Source: Pyrinomonadaceae bacterium
GTDB taxonomy: Bacteria; Acidobacteriota; Blastocatellia; Pyrinomonadales; Pyrinomonadaceae
Direction of reading: 5' to 3'
Assembly: GCA_035491355.1 (NCBI GenBank)
Contig: DATJKO010000231.1
Location: 1-28,081, forward strand
DNA length: 28,081 nt
The translations under genes and the position numbers were made by a program. The notes below the pieces were generated by a model, which was not told the DNA's origin, ran no database searches, and saw only the letters and a program-made list of their open reading frames with translations. Positions 1 through 8,536 of this stretch are shown here, piece after piece (position 1 is the stretch's first letter; each line of letters begins with the position of its first letter).

Positions 1-699
1 GACATGGAACGCGGCTTCATCGGTCCGATTTCTCACCTCGGCGACATGATTCCCGTGATGACTGGCATCCTCCTCGGCGCTCGGTTCAAACAAAAGAAGA
101 TTGTCGCTATCGCATACATCGGCGACGGCGGCATGAGCACGGGCGCGTTTCACGAAGGACTCAACTTCGCGGCTGTTCAGCGTTTGCCGCTGATCGTCGT
201 CGCCGAACACAATCACTACGCGTATTCCACTCCGACGAGTCAACAAACCGCGGTTCGCGATCTTGCCGAGAAGGCAGCGGGTTACGGCATTCCGGCGCAC
301 ATCGTCGATGGTAACGACGTCGTGGCGTGTTATGAAGTGACGAAGCATGCGGCCGATTACGCGCGTCGCGGTGGGGGTGCAGTGCTGATCGAAGCGAAGA
401 CATATCGTCGGAAAGGTCACGCAGAGCACGACGATCAGCGCTACGTCGCAGAGGGTGAGATCGAATGGTGGGAAACGCACAACGATCCGATCGATCGTTT
501 TGAACGTTATTTACTGGAATGTAATTTGGCGACCAAGGAACAACTCGAGGAGATCGTTGCGGGCGTTCTCCGCGAGATTGACGAGGACTGCGCCTGGGCC
601 GAGTCTTCACCACTGCCCGAGGGCCAGCAGGCGGCTTACGGAGTTTTTGATAACGACGTGGTGCCGCCGGCGTTCCGGCCCGGAGTTTTGGAGGCGTAA
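1..699 (+). CDS. TPP-dependent 2-oxoacid (pyruvate/branched-chain) dehydrogenase E1 alpha subunit, 5'-truncated by window edge
   Basis: TPP-binding motif YIGDGGMSTGAFHEGLNFAA...EHNHYA and phosphorylation-loop-like TYRRKGHAEHDDQRY; frame open from window start; followed by E1 beta and E2. Substrate specificity cannot be fixed from motifs alone. Confidence 0.93.
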   Translation, partial: DMERGFIGPISHLGDMIPVMTGILLGARFKQKKIVAIAYIGDGGMSTGAFHEGLNFAAVQRLPLIVVAEHNHYAYSTPTSQQTAVRDLAEKAAGYGIPAHIVDGNDVVACYEVTKHAADYARRGGGAVLIEAKTYRRKGHAEHDDQRYVAEGEIEWWETHNDPIDRFERYLLECNLATKEQLEEIVAGVLREIDEDCAWAESSPLPEGQQAAYGVFDNDVVPPAFRPGVLEA

Positions 700-776
700 C
701 TATGAGTGTTATACCAGCAAACTGGAACTACAAATATAGTCGTACCAAAGGTACCTCACTTACCGGAGGAAAAGAG

Positions 777-1202
777 ATGGGATTAGTTTATGCGGAAATT
801 GACCTCACAAACGAAGATGACCTGACACTGCATCGACACGGCTACTTGCCGGAAGAAAAGATACGCCGTGTTAATTGCCGGGCGCTCGTAGATACCGGAG
901 CTTACGACCTCGTTTTGAATGAAGAGATCAGGAACCAGCTCGGTTTGTTCGCGCTTGAGAAAAACCAGGTCACCCTGGCTGACGAAAGAAGGATTCGTGT
1001 CGACATGGTGGGTCCTGTTCACATTCGGTTCGAAAACCGAACCACAACTGTAAAAGCTGTTTTGATGCCAGATACGTCGGTGGTCCTGTTGGGGGCAATG
1101 CCGATGCAGGCGCTCCGTGTATATGTAGATCCCGTAAGCGAAAGACTTGTTTCGTGGGACAATCCAACGTCGCAAATCAGGCGGGTCAGTCTGAGTATCT
1201 AA
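777..1202 (+). CDS. Clan AA (retropepsin-like) single-domain aspartic protease; alternative start at 702
   Basis: ALVDTGAYDLVL (D-T-G catalytic motif) and C-terminal VLLGAMPMQAL. ATG777 has GGAGGA at 765-770; ATG702 has GGAGG at 690-694. Confidence 0.85.
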   Translation: MGLVYAEIDLTNEDDLTLHRHGYLPEEKIRRVNCRALVDTGAYDLVLNEEIRNQLGLFALEKNQVTLADERRIRVDMVGPVHIRFENRTTTVKAVLMPDTSVVLLGAMPMQALRVYVDPVSERLVSWDNPTSQIRRVSLSI

Positions 1203-1203
1203 C

Positions 1204-2232
1204 ATGTCAACAGCCGTCAAAAAAGAACACAAATCAGCGCGGCCTGAACGTGGAGGTCAGGCCACGCTTGTCGAAGCGATTCGCCAGGGTATCTGGGAAG
1301 AAATGGAACGCGATCCCGAAACGTTCGTCATCGGCGAAGACGTCGGCGCCTATGGCGGCGCGTTCAAAGTCACCGATGGGCTGATCGACGAGTTTGGCAA
1401 AGAACGAGTGATCGATACGCCGATCTCCGAAGGCGCGATCGTCGGCGCAGCATGCGGCGCCGCGTTGATGGGGATGCGCCCGATCGCGGAGTTTCAGTTT
1501 ATCGATTTCATTTCCGCCGGTTTCGATCTGCTTACGAACTACGCTGCAAAGTGTCGTTATCGCTGGGGCGCGTCTCTGCCCGTCGTGTTTCGTGGGCCAT
1601 GCGGTTCGGGCGTGCGCTCAGGTCCGTTTCACTCGCTGAATGCGGAGGCGTTTTTTCTCAACACGGCGGGACTGAAGATTGTCGAACCATCGACCGCGTA
1701 CGATGCGAAGGGTTTGATTAAGGCGGCGATTCGTGATCCCGATCCGGTGCTCTTTTTCGAGCACAAGAAGCTCTATCGCCTGCCGCGTCTGCGCGAGGAG
1801 TTGCCGTCGGACGATTACATCGTCGAGATTGGAAAGTCACGCGTGGCCCGGGCTGGACGCGACCTTTCGATCATCACGTTCGGAGCAATGGTGTTGACGG
1901 CGCTCGACGCGGCCGAGGAACTCGAAAAAGAAGGTTTGGACGTCGAGGTAATAGACTTGCGGACGTTGGCGCCGCTCGATCGTCCGGGCATTCTCGCGAG
2001 CGTGATGAAGACGAACAAGGCGATCGTGTTGCACGAAGCGTCGCGGACCGGTGGTATCGGTGGAGAGATCGCGGCGATTCTCGCCGAGGAAGCGTTCGAA
2101 TGGCTGGACGCGCCCGTCCTCCGTGTCGCGTCGATCGACACGCCGGTGCCATATTCGCCGCCGCTCGAAGACTACTACTTACCGCAAATCAAAGACGTGG
2201 TTGACGCCGCACGAAAGCTCGCGGCCTACTGA
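1204..2232 (+). CDS. 2-oxoacid dehydrogenase E1 beta subunit
   Basis: IGEDVGAYGGAFKVT, VIDTPISEGAIVG, AEFQFIDF, FFEHKKLY, VEVIDLRTLAPLD: transketolase-like pyrimidine-binding and C-terminal domains. Confidence 0.95.
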   Translation: MSTAVKKEHKSARPERGGQATLVEAIRQGIWEEMERDPETFVIGEDVGAYGGAFKVTDGLIDEFGKERVIDTPISEGAIVGAACGAALMGMRPIAEFQFIDFISAGFDLLTNYAAKCRYRWGASLPVVFRGPCGSGVRSGPFHSLNAEAFFLNTAGLKIVEPSTAYDAKGLIKAAIRDPDPVLFFEHKKLYRLPRLREELPSDDYIVEIGKSRVARAGRDLSIITFGAMVLTALDAAEELEKEGLDVEVIDLRTLAPLDRPGILASVMKTNKAIVLHEASRTGGIGGEIAAILAEEAFEWLDAPVLRVASIDTPVPYSPPLEDYYLPQIKDVVDAARKLAAY

Positions 2233-2262
2233 GATCGGAGATCTGAGATCTGAGATCTCAGA
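2230..2262 (+). repeat. Heptamer tandem repeat (TGAGATC/GGAGATC x4) ending in the 14-bp palindrome TCTGAGATCTCAGA
   Basis: TGAGATC 2230-2236 (its TGA is the E1 beta stop), GGAGATC 2237-2243, TGAGATC 2244-2250 and 2251-2257; palindrome 2249-2262. Confidence 0.8.
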
Positions 2263-2272
2263 GGGAGAAACG

Positions 2273-3652
2273 ATGAGTACTGAAGTGGTTATGCCGCAGA
2301 TGGGTGAGTCCATCGCGGAGGGGACGATAACGAAGTGGTTGAAGAACGTCGGCGAGCACGTCGATCGTGATGAGCCGTTGTTTGAGATCTCGACCGACAA
2401 GGTTGACGCGGAGATTCCGTCTCCCGCGGCTGGGACGCTGACCGAGGTTCGATTTAAGGAAGGCGACACAGTCGAAGTGAACACTGTCGTGGCTGTGTTG
2501 GACGGCAATCAATCCGGAGCCGCGACATCGGTGGTTGAAGCAGCACCTGCGCCGCCACCGCCGGTTGAAACGAAACCGACGCCAGCACCGCCACCGCCCG
2601 CCCCGCCACCGCCAGTTGTAACGTAAACGGCGCCGCCGCCACCACCGGCACCGCCGACAAAACCAGCACCACCTCCGCCGCCGACACCAGCACCAGCTTC
2701 AGCAGCAGAAGCCACCGCGGCCGATCTGCGTCGCACGAAGTCGAGTCCACTGGTCCGAAAGATCGCCCAGGAACACAACGTCGACATCTCGCGGCTCGAA
2801 GGCACAGGCATGAGCGGCCGCGTCACCAAGAACGACATTCTGAGCTTCATAGAATCGGGTAGCAGCGCAAAACCTGCCACCGCGCGCCCGGCTGAACCCG
2901 AACCACGACTCGCGCCCGCGCAGGTGCAGCAGACATCGACTCCCGCGGTCGGCGACCGCGTCGAGGCGATGAGCGTGATGCGCAAGAAGATCGCGGAGCA
3001 CATGGTCCTGTCTCGGCGCACGTCGGCCCACGTAACCACGGTCTACGAGATCGACATGACGCGTGTCGCCAAACTCCGCGAACGGCACCGCGACGAGTTC
3101 TACCAGCGCACCGCCACCAAACTCACGTTCATGCCCTTCATTTTCGAGGTCATAAACAAGGCCCTCCGCAAGTTCCCGATCTTCAATGCGCAGGTCAGCG
3201 GCGACCAGATCATCTACAAGCAGGACATCAACCTCGGCATGGCTGTGGCCCTCGACTGGGGCTTGATCGTTCCAGTGATAAAACGCGCGGACGACTTGAG
3301 CATCTCCGGGTTGGCCCGTGCGGCAAACGACCTTGCCGACCGCGCCCGGACCAAGCAGCTCAAGCCCGATGAAGTGACCGGCGGCACGTTTACCATCACC
3401 AACCCAGGCGTGTTTGGTGGTCTATTCGGCACTCCAATCATCAACCAGCCACAACTCGCGATTCTCGGCGTCGGCAAGATAGAAAAACGGCCCAAGGTGA
3501 TGACTTCAACTGACGGCGACGACTTTCTCGCGATACGCTGGATGGCCTATTTCGCGCTGAGTTTCGATCATCGCGTAATCGACGGTGCGGACGCGGAACG
3601 CTTTCTCGCGTTCGTCAAGGACCAGTTGGAAGAAGGAGATTTTTCGCTCTAA
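2273..3652 (+). pseudogene. Dihydrolipoamide acyltransferase E2 (lipoyl domain, Pro-rich linker, PSBD, catalytic domain) interrupted by an in-frame TAA at 2624-2626; real split, readthrough or sequencing error
   Basis: 2273-2626: MPQMGESIAEGTI...EISTDKVDAEIPSP (lipoyl Lys43). The same frame continues after TAA through SSPLVRKIAQEHNVDISRLEGTGMSGRVTKNDI (PSBD) to TFTITNPG and FDHRVIDG (catalytic His). Confidence 0.85.
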
Positions 3653-3695
3653 GAGTGAGCAAATGCGACAACGTTCGCAGCAGAATTTACACGCG

Positions 3696-3733
3696 GCGGT
3701 AACGATCTCACAACAATCGTTACCGCTTTTTTT
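3696..3733 (+). terminator. Intrinsic terminator of the dehydrogenase operon
   Basis: GCGGTAACGAT-ctcacaaca-ATCGTTACCGC, a perfect 11-bp stem followed by T7. Confidence 0.88.
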
Positions 3734-3943
3734 GTTCACAATGCTCGGGTTATTGCGATACAGTGGTGATTCGATGAAGAATGGCGAAGGCTATTGACTT
3801 GCTCCCCATTGAAGTTTAAGAGATGTCATCCGCAAAATTTGGTTAGCGGGAGGCGAGGCGACAACTCGCCGTGTTAGAGAGAGAGACGAACGCGTGGTAA
3901 GGCACGCGTTCAAATGGTTACTAGCTTCTAAGGAGATAAATCG

Positions 3944-4969
3944 ATGGTATTCACTAAACATAAAATGTTTGCCCCGGCAGTGCTTACTACCTGCCTGTTA
4001 GTCTTCTCAGCCTCCCCAATCCTGGCTCAAGATACAACCACCCCCGCCGGCTCACGCAGCGTGACCAGCGGTCAGAAAATGAAACTCAAAGGTGTAGTCA
4101 CCCGGCGTGACTCGGATACGTTCACTGTGCGTGACATGAATGGCGTGGATACGGTTGTGCGCCTGGACGACAAGACCAGCGTGAAGACTAAAGGTGGGTT
4201 CCTGCGTAGTGGCGACAACTATGCACAAACCAGCATTCTTCGCGGCTTGAACGTTGAAGTTGAAGGCCGTGGAAATGGTCAGGGTGAACTGGCAGCCGAG
4301 AAGATCCGGTTCAATGAATCAGACATGCGCGTTGCGCGCGCCGTTGAGTCACGCGCTGCGCCGCTCGAAGAGCGAGCCTCGGATACTGAAACCAAACTCA
4401 GCCAGGTCGAAGCCAACGCTCAACGTTTGTCGGGCCAGTTGGATGAACTCGCTGCTGTTTCGAACGCCGCTCGCGGTGGTGCGAAAGCAGCGCAAGCAAC
4501 CGCTGATGCCGCTGTCGCTGGTGTAACAGCTACGAACGAGCGCATCTCGGCTTTGGACGATTACGCGCCGCAGTCAACTGCCGCCGTGAACTTCAAGTCC
4601 GGTAGCGCAGTCCTGTCGCCGGAATCGAAGACGACGTTGGACGACATTGCCAGCAAGGCGATGAACTCCAAAGCGTACGTGCTCGAGGTTTCGGGTTTTG
4701 CGGACTCGAGAGGTTCGGTGGCGCTCAATCGCGCGTTGAGTCAACGTCGCGCTGATGCCGTCATTCGTTACCTGGTCGAGAGCCACAACATTCCGCTGCG
4801 TCGCATTGTGACGCCGTACGGCTACGGTGAAATCAATCCGATTGCGGAGAACGAAACCCGTGACGGCCGTGCTCAGAATCGACGCGTTGAAATCAAGCTC
4901 CTTGTCAACAAGGGCATCACGGCCCCAGCGCCGACGATGAATCCGGGTACTTCGGGTTCGGGTAACTAA
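3944..4969 (+). CDS. Exported OmpA-family peptidoglycan-binding protein (N-terminal DUF5666-like OB domain, Ala-rich coiled coil, OmpA C-like domain)
   Basis: SD AAGGAG; signal peptide ending ...PILAQ; VNFKSGSAVLS...VSGFADSRG...NRALSQRRADAV...GYGEINP...NETRDGRAQNRRVEI. Confidence 0.9.
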   Translation: MVFTKHKMFAPAVLTTCLLVFSASPILAQDTTTPAGSRSVTSGQKMKLKGVVTRRDSDTFTVRDMNGVDTVVRLDDKTSVKTKGGFLRSGDNYAQTSILRGLNVEVEGRGNGQGELAAEKIRFNESDMRVARAVESRAAPLEERASDTETKLSQVEANAQRLSGQLDELAAVSNAARGGAKAAQATADAAVAGVTATNERISALDDYAPQSTAAVNFKSGSAVLSPESKTTLDDIASKAMNSKAYVLEVSGFADSRGSVALNRALSQRRADAVIRYLVESHNIPLRRIVTPYGYGEINPIAENETRDGRAQNRRVEIKLLVNKGITAPAPTMNPGTSGSGN

Positions 4970-4976
4970 GCTGGTT

Positions 4977-5007
4977 CGCGGAGTTGCATCTTCGGTGCAA
5001 CTCCGCG
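4977..5007 (+). terminator. Strong stem-loop after the OmpA gene (terminator or mRNA-stabilising hairpin)
   Basis: CGCGGAGTTGCA-(t)-cTTCGg-TGCAACTCCGCG: 12-bp stem plus cUUCGg tetraloop; no clear U-tract. Confidence 0.55.
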
Positions 5008-5122
5008 TCCGCTTGATGGCACCAAAGAGTCAGTTGGATCATGCCGTCACAAAAACGGTAGGATAAGCAAACATTCACGCCGCAAAAATGCGGCATGATG
5101 CACGGACTCGAAGGTGTCAGAG

Positions 5123-6235
5123 ATGATGTTGGGGGTTGAAAAAAGACATTTGCGGCCGGCATTCCTGGTTGGAGTGCTGGCCGTTTTTCTGTCTGTACCG
5201 ATCGCGGTGGTCCATTCGCAGAAGCGGGTAAAAGACCTGCCGCCCCCACCGCCTCTCTGGAAAGCCAAACCGACTCCGACGCCCACACCTCCTGAGAAGG
5301 AAGTGATCGACGTCATCCGCACCACTTCGAATCTGATAATGGTGCCGGTGTCCGTGGTCGATCGTAACGGACAGGCGGTCCAGGGACTCGGAAAGACCGA
5401 CTTTCGTCTCGAAGAAGAAGGCAAAGCGCAAGAGATCGCTGAGATGGGCGACCCTGAGCAAGTGCCTCTCGAGATCGCGCTGCTCGTCGATGTTTCCGGC
5501 AGCACCAATACGCGGTTCGAGTTTGAGAAGACAGCGGCGGCTGGTTTTCTCAGGCAGGTACTCAAGAAAGACGATCGCGCATCGCTGTTCTTAATCGATC
5601 GCGTTCCGGTTCTCAAACAGGTGAGCACGACGGCTGACGCCGCCGCGAACGCGCTGCTTGGCTTCAGTCCCGCTGCGGACAAGGGACCAACTGCCTTTTA
5701 CGACAGCGTCGTTCAGGCGGCCCAGTATCTCGAAAAGACACCCTCTCGACACCGGCGAGTTATCGTTGTGATCTCCGACGGAGCTGACAACTTCAGTGAA
5801 GTAATTAAGAAGGCGATTGGAACAACGTTCGAAGAGCAAATGTCAGTGTCGCCGGAAGTGAAGGATCGCGTCAACGCGCGTGCGCTCGCTGAAGTTGAGC
5901 GCAACCTGCAACGAGCCGACGCCGTGTTCTACGCGATCAATCCGGCGGGAAACACGATGTATCTGAACGTCATCACCCGGCGGGGTCACGAAGGCATGCA
6001 AAGGCTCGCTGACTCGACCGGCGGTAACACATTCGTACCCGAAGTCGACGCGGATCTCACCGCGATATTCAACCGCATTGCCGCTGAGTTACGCGGGCAG
6101 TACCTGATTCAGTACTACGCCAACAACGAAGCCCCGCCTACGCAGTTTCGACGCATACGCGTGACTGTGCCTACGCGAGCTGATGTGAAGGTGAGGGCGC
6201 GCCAGGGTTACTATCCGAAGAAACAGCAAGATTGA
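5123..6235 (+). CDS. VWA domain protein, VWFA-related acidobacterial type; alternative GTG start at 5114
   Basis: N-terminal hydrophobic segment and PTPTPTPP linker; VPVSVVDRNG...GLGKTDFRLEEEG; MIDAS DVSGS...T(AFYD)...SDG; ends with the typical LRGQYLIQYY...VRARQGYY. Confidence 0.88.
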   Translation: MMLGVEKRHLRPAFLVGVLAVFLSVPIAVVHSQKRVKDLPPPPPLWKAKPTPTPTPPEKEVIDVIRTTSNLIMVPVSVVDRNGQAVQGLGKTDFRLEEEGKAQEIAEMGDPEQVPLEIALLVDVSGSTNTRFEFEKTAAAGFLRQVLKKDDRASLFLIDRVPVLKQVSTTADAAANALLGFSPAADKGPTAFYDSVVQAAQYLEKTPSRHRRVIVVISDGADNFSEVIKKAIGTTFEEQMSVSPEVKDRVNARALAEVERNLQRADAVFYAINPAGNTMYLNVITRRGHEGMQRLADSTGGNTFVPEVDADLTAIFNRIAAELRGQYLIQYYANNEAPPTQFRRIRVTVPTRADVKVRARQGYYPKKQQD

Positions 6236-6240
6236 TACTC

Positions 6241-6765
6241 CTACTGCCTCATCACGACCAACACGTCAGCCAGCCGATTAATGACGTTCAGTAACAACCG
6301 ACCTGCTTCATCAAACTGGTTCGCCGCAGCCTTTTCTTCCGCAGACGCGGCTCCGGCAGCTACGCCGGCGAGCTTGATGTAGTACGGTTGCAACTCCGGC
6401 GTCGCGCGGAAGTCGATCTCAAGCTTATCCAAGCCCTCGCGAAACCCCTGAATGCTCGATTTCACCCTGGCTTTACTTTGCTGATTACTCTGAACCACCG
6501 CCGGTGACGACTGGTTACGCCGTATCTCCTCATCGGCTGCCGCGATGCTGCTATTGATACCCCCCAGCAGGTAAGTAAATTTGGTCAAGAGCTTGATCTG
6601 GTCGGCGACGCGTGTCGCTCCCTGCGTGCGTACTTGCGCCGTGTTTTGCGCCGTCGCAGTCGCGGTCCTTGGTTTCGGCGAAGTCGAGCGCTTTCGAGTC
6701 TGGCCCAGGGCGCCGCCCGGAATAACTAAGATAGTGGTCAGTACAGCTATGGCGATGAGTTTCAA
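6241..6765 (-). CDS. Hypothetical exported alpha-helical protein
   Basis: TTG start at 6765 after GAGGAG; signal peptide LKLIAIAVLTTILVIPGGALG, basic linker and amphipathic helices. The ORF track start at 6867 would overlap lipB. Confidence 0.7.
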   Translation of the reverse strand: MKLIAIAVLTTILVIPGGALGQTRKRSTSPKPRTATATAQNTAQVRTQGATRVADQIKLLTKFTYLLGGINSSIAAADEEIRRNQSSPAVVQSNQQSKARVKSSIQGFREGLDKLEIDFRATPELQPYYIKLAGVAAGAASAEEKAAANQFDEAGRLLLNVINRLADVLVVMRQ

Positions 6766-6865
6766 AACGTTTTCTCCTCTAAACACGATTAATGTGGGGA
6801 TGACCGGATTGTACCAAAGACTAATGCGGCTGATAGAATGACGCCAAAGTCCACAGCCTGGTTGC

Positions 6866-7576
6866 ATGATGAAAGAAAGAAAGCTTCTGGTCCAAAGATT
6901 AGGACTCGTGGACTACGAGTCGGCCCTGACAGTCCAGAAAACGAACGAAATTGCGGTCAAAACCGGCGCCCAGGCCGACACGCTGTTGCTGCTCGAACAT
7001 CCGCATACGCTCACCATCGGCCGCCGCGGCGACAGTTCCGCCATTCTGCTTGACGAGGACGAACTCAAAGCGCGAAACGTGACGCTGTTCGAAACGAATC
7101 GTGGCGGAAAAGTGACTTACCACGGGCTCGGCCAGGTTGTCGGTTATCCGATTATCAATCTCAGCCCCGATCGCGAAGACGTGCATCGCTACGTGCGCGA
7201 CCTTGAAGAAGTGTTGATTCGCACGCTCGCCGACTTTCGTGTTGAAGCTTTTCGTATCGAAGGTCTAACCGGCGTGCACACAGCTCGCGGCAAAGTGGCG
7301 GCAATTGGGGTCCACATCGCGCGTTGGGTCACGACGCACGGCTTTGCCTTGAACGTCAATACGGATCTCAGCTACTTCAATCTCATCATTGCCTGCGAAG
7401 GCGAACCGGTTACTTCCATCGAAGAACTGACGGGCGACGAGACGCCGCTCAGCGTCGTCGAAGACCGTCTCGTGGTCCACTTCGCCGAGGTGTTTGAATA
7501 CAGTCTTAGCCACAAAGAGGCACAAAAGACACAAGGACAAAAGACAGAAGGAAATAGTACCGCTATATATGCTTAA
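6866..7576 (+). CDS. lipB: Lipoyl(octanoyl) transferase LipB
   Basis: LLLLEHPHTLTIGRRG, TNRGGKVTYHGLGQVVGYPI, KVAAIGVHIARWVTTHGFALNV, IIACEG. Confidence 0.95.
   Translation: MMKERKLLVQRLGLVDYESALTVQKTNEIAVKTGAQADTLLLLEHPHTLTIGRRGDSSAILLDEDELKARNVTLFETNRGGKVTYHGLGQVVGYPIINLSPDREDVHRYVRDLEEVLIRTLADFRVEAFRIEGLTGVHTARGKVAAIGVHIARWVTTHGFALNVNTDLSYFNLIIACEGEPVTSIEELTGDETPLSVVEDRLVVHFAEVFEYSLSHKEAQKTQGQKTEGNSTAIYA
7508..7550 (+). repeat. A-rich degenerate (C/G)ACAA repeat inside the 3' end of lipB
   Basis: agcCACAAagaggCACAAaagaCACAAgGACAAaaGACAgaagg; motif starts at 7511, 7521, 7530, 7536 and 7543; translates as SHKEAQKTQGQKTEG. Confidence 0.5.
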
Positions 7577-8516
7577 CATTGAAACGATCCAGGCGGCGCG
7601 CGAACGCATCGCGTCTCGCATTCATCGCACCCCGGTAATGACGTCGCGGCAGTTCAATGAAGCGGCGGGCAAAGAAGTGTTCTTCAAATGCGAGAACTTG
7701 CAGCGGGCAGGCGCATTCAAAATTCGCGGTGCGACGAACAAGATCCAATCACTGACGGAAGACGAGAAGCAACGCGGCATCGTGGCCTTTTCGTCAGGGA
7801 ATCATGCACAGGCGGTCGCACTCGCCGGTCGTGAAGCAGGCGTTCGCGCGTTGATTGCCATGCCGACGGATGCGCCGCAGGCGAAAGTCGCGGCCACGCG
7901 CGAATACGGCGCGGAGGTCGTTTTTTATGATCGTTTGAAACAGGACCGCGAAGCATTCGCGCTCGATCTCGCCGAACGTGAACGACTTGTGATGGTCCCA
8001 CCGTACGACGACGAATTTATTCTTGCCGGCCAGGCGACGTGCGGGCTCGAATTACTGGAAGACGTCCCCGATCTTGATTGCGTGCTCACGCCTTGCAGCG
8101 GTGGCGGACTATTCGCGGGCGTCGCGACGGCCGCAAAAGCCGCGAACCCGAGCATTCGCTGCTACCCGGTCGAACCTGAAGACGCCGACGACACTCGCCA
8201 GTCATTGCGAAAAGGCGAGCGCGTTACGATTCCTCCGCCCTCGACAATCGCCGACGGTCTGCGCGTCCAAATCCCCGGGAGACTCACGTTCCCGATAATC
8301 CAACAGCTCGCCGACGACGTGCTCACCGTGTCAGACGACGAGATCATCCTGACGCTTCGCTTCATGCTGTTCCGCATGAAACTGCTGGTGGAGACCTCCG
8401 GCGCCACGGCTGCGGCGGCTGTCATGTTCCAAAAACTGCCCGCGGATGTAAAGCGTGTCGGGGTGGTTTTGTCAGGCGGAAACATCGATCCGGAGCTGCT
8501 CGTGAAACTGCTGTAG
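7569..8516 (+). CDS. PLP-dependent threonine/serine dehydratase family enzyme (fold type II, no ACT domain)
   Basis: FFKCENLQRAGAFKIRGA (PLP Lys), FSSGNHAQAVA, PCSGGGL, TIADGL, LSGGN. ATG7569 overlaps the lipB stop. Confidence 0.92.
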   Translation: MLNIETIQAARERIASRIHRTPVMTSRQFNEAAGKEVFFKCENLQRAGAFKIRGATNKIQSLTEDEKQRGIVAFSSGNHAQAVALAGREAGVRALIAMPTDAPQAKVAATREYGAEVVFYDRLKQDREAFALDLAERERLVMVPPYDDEFILAGQATCGLELLEDVPDLDCVLTPCSGGGLFAGVATAAKAANPSIRCYPVEPEDADDTRQSLRKGERVTIPPPSTIADGLRVQIPGRLTFPIIQQLADDVLTVSDDEIILTLRFMLFRMKLLVETSGATAAAAVMFQKLPADVKRVGVVLSGGNIDPELLVKLL

Positions 8517-8536
8517 GTCGTGCTAAGGTTTAGTCA

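Noticed and set aside
2624-2626. Genome-wide TAA reassignment (alternative genetic code)
   Set aside because: TAA ends many intact genes here at their expected C-termini (699, 3652, 4969, 9463, 19550).
2509-3039. Gly-rich minus-strand ORF
   Set aside because: Antisense mirror of the Pro-rich E2 linker (CCG/CCA codons).
3794-3822. Sigma70 promoter for the OmpA gene
   Set aside because: TTGACT is present, but the hexamer at 17 bp (TAAGAG) lacks the conserved final T; too weak to call.
3820-3915. c-di-GMP-I riboswitch (CGCAAA...TAGCGGG resemblance)
   Set aside because: The upstream GGCAAAC/GAAA tetraloop stem is missing; only generic hairpins can be supported.
5042-5094. Two small hairpins before the VWA gene (TGCCGT...ACGGTA; GCCGCA-aaaa-TGCGGC)
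   Set aside because: Six-bp stems are common at this GC content and no function can be supported.
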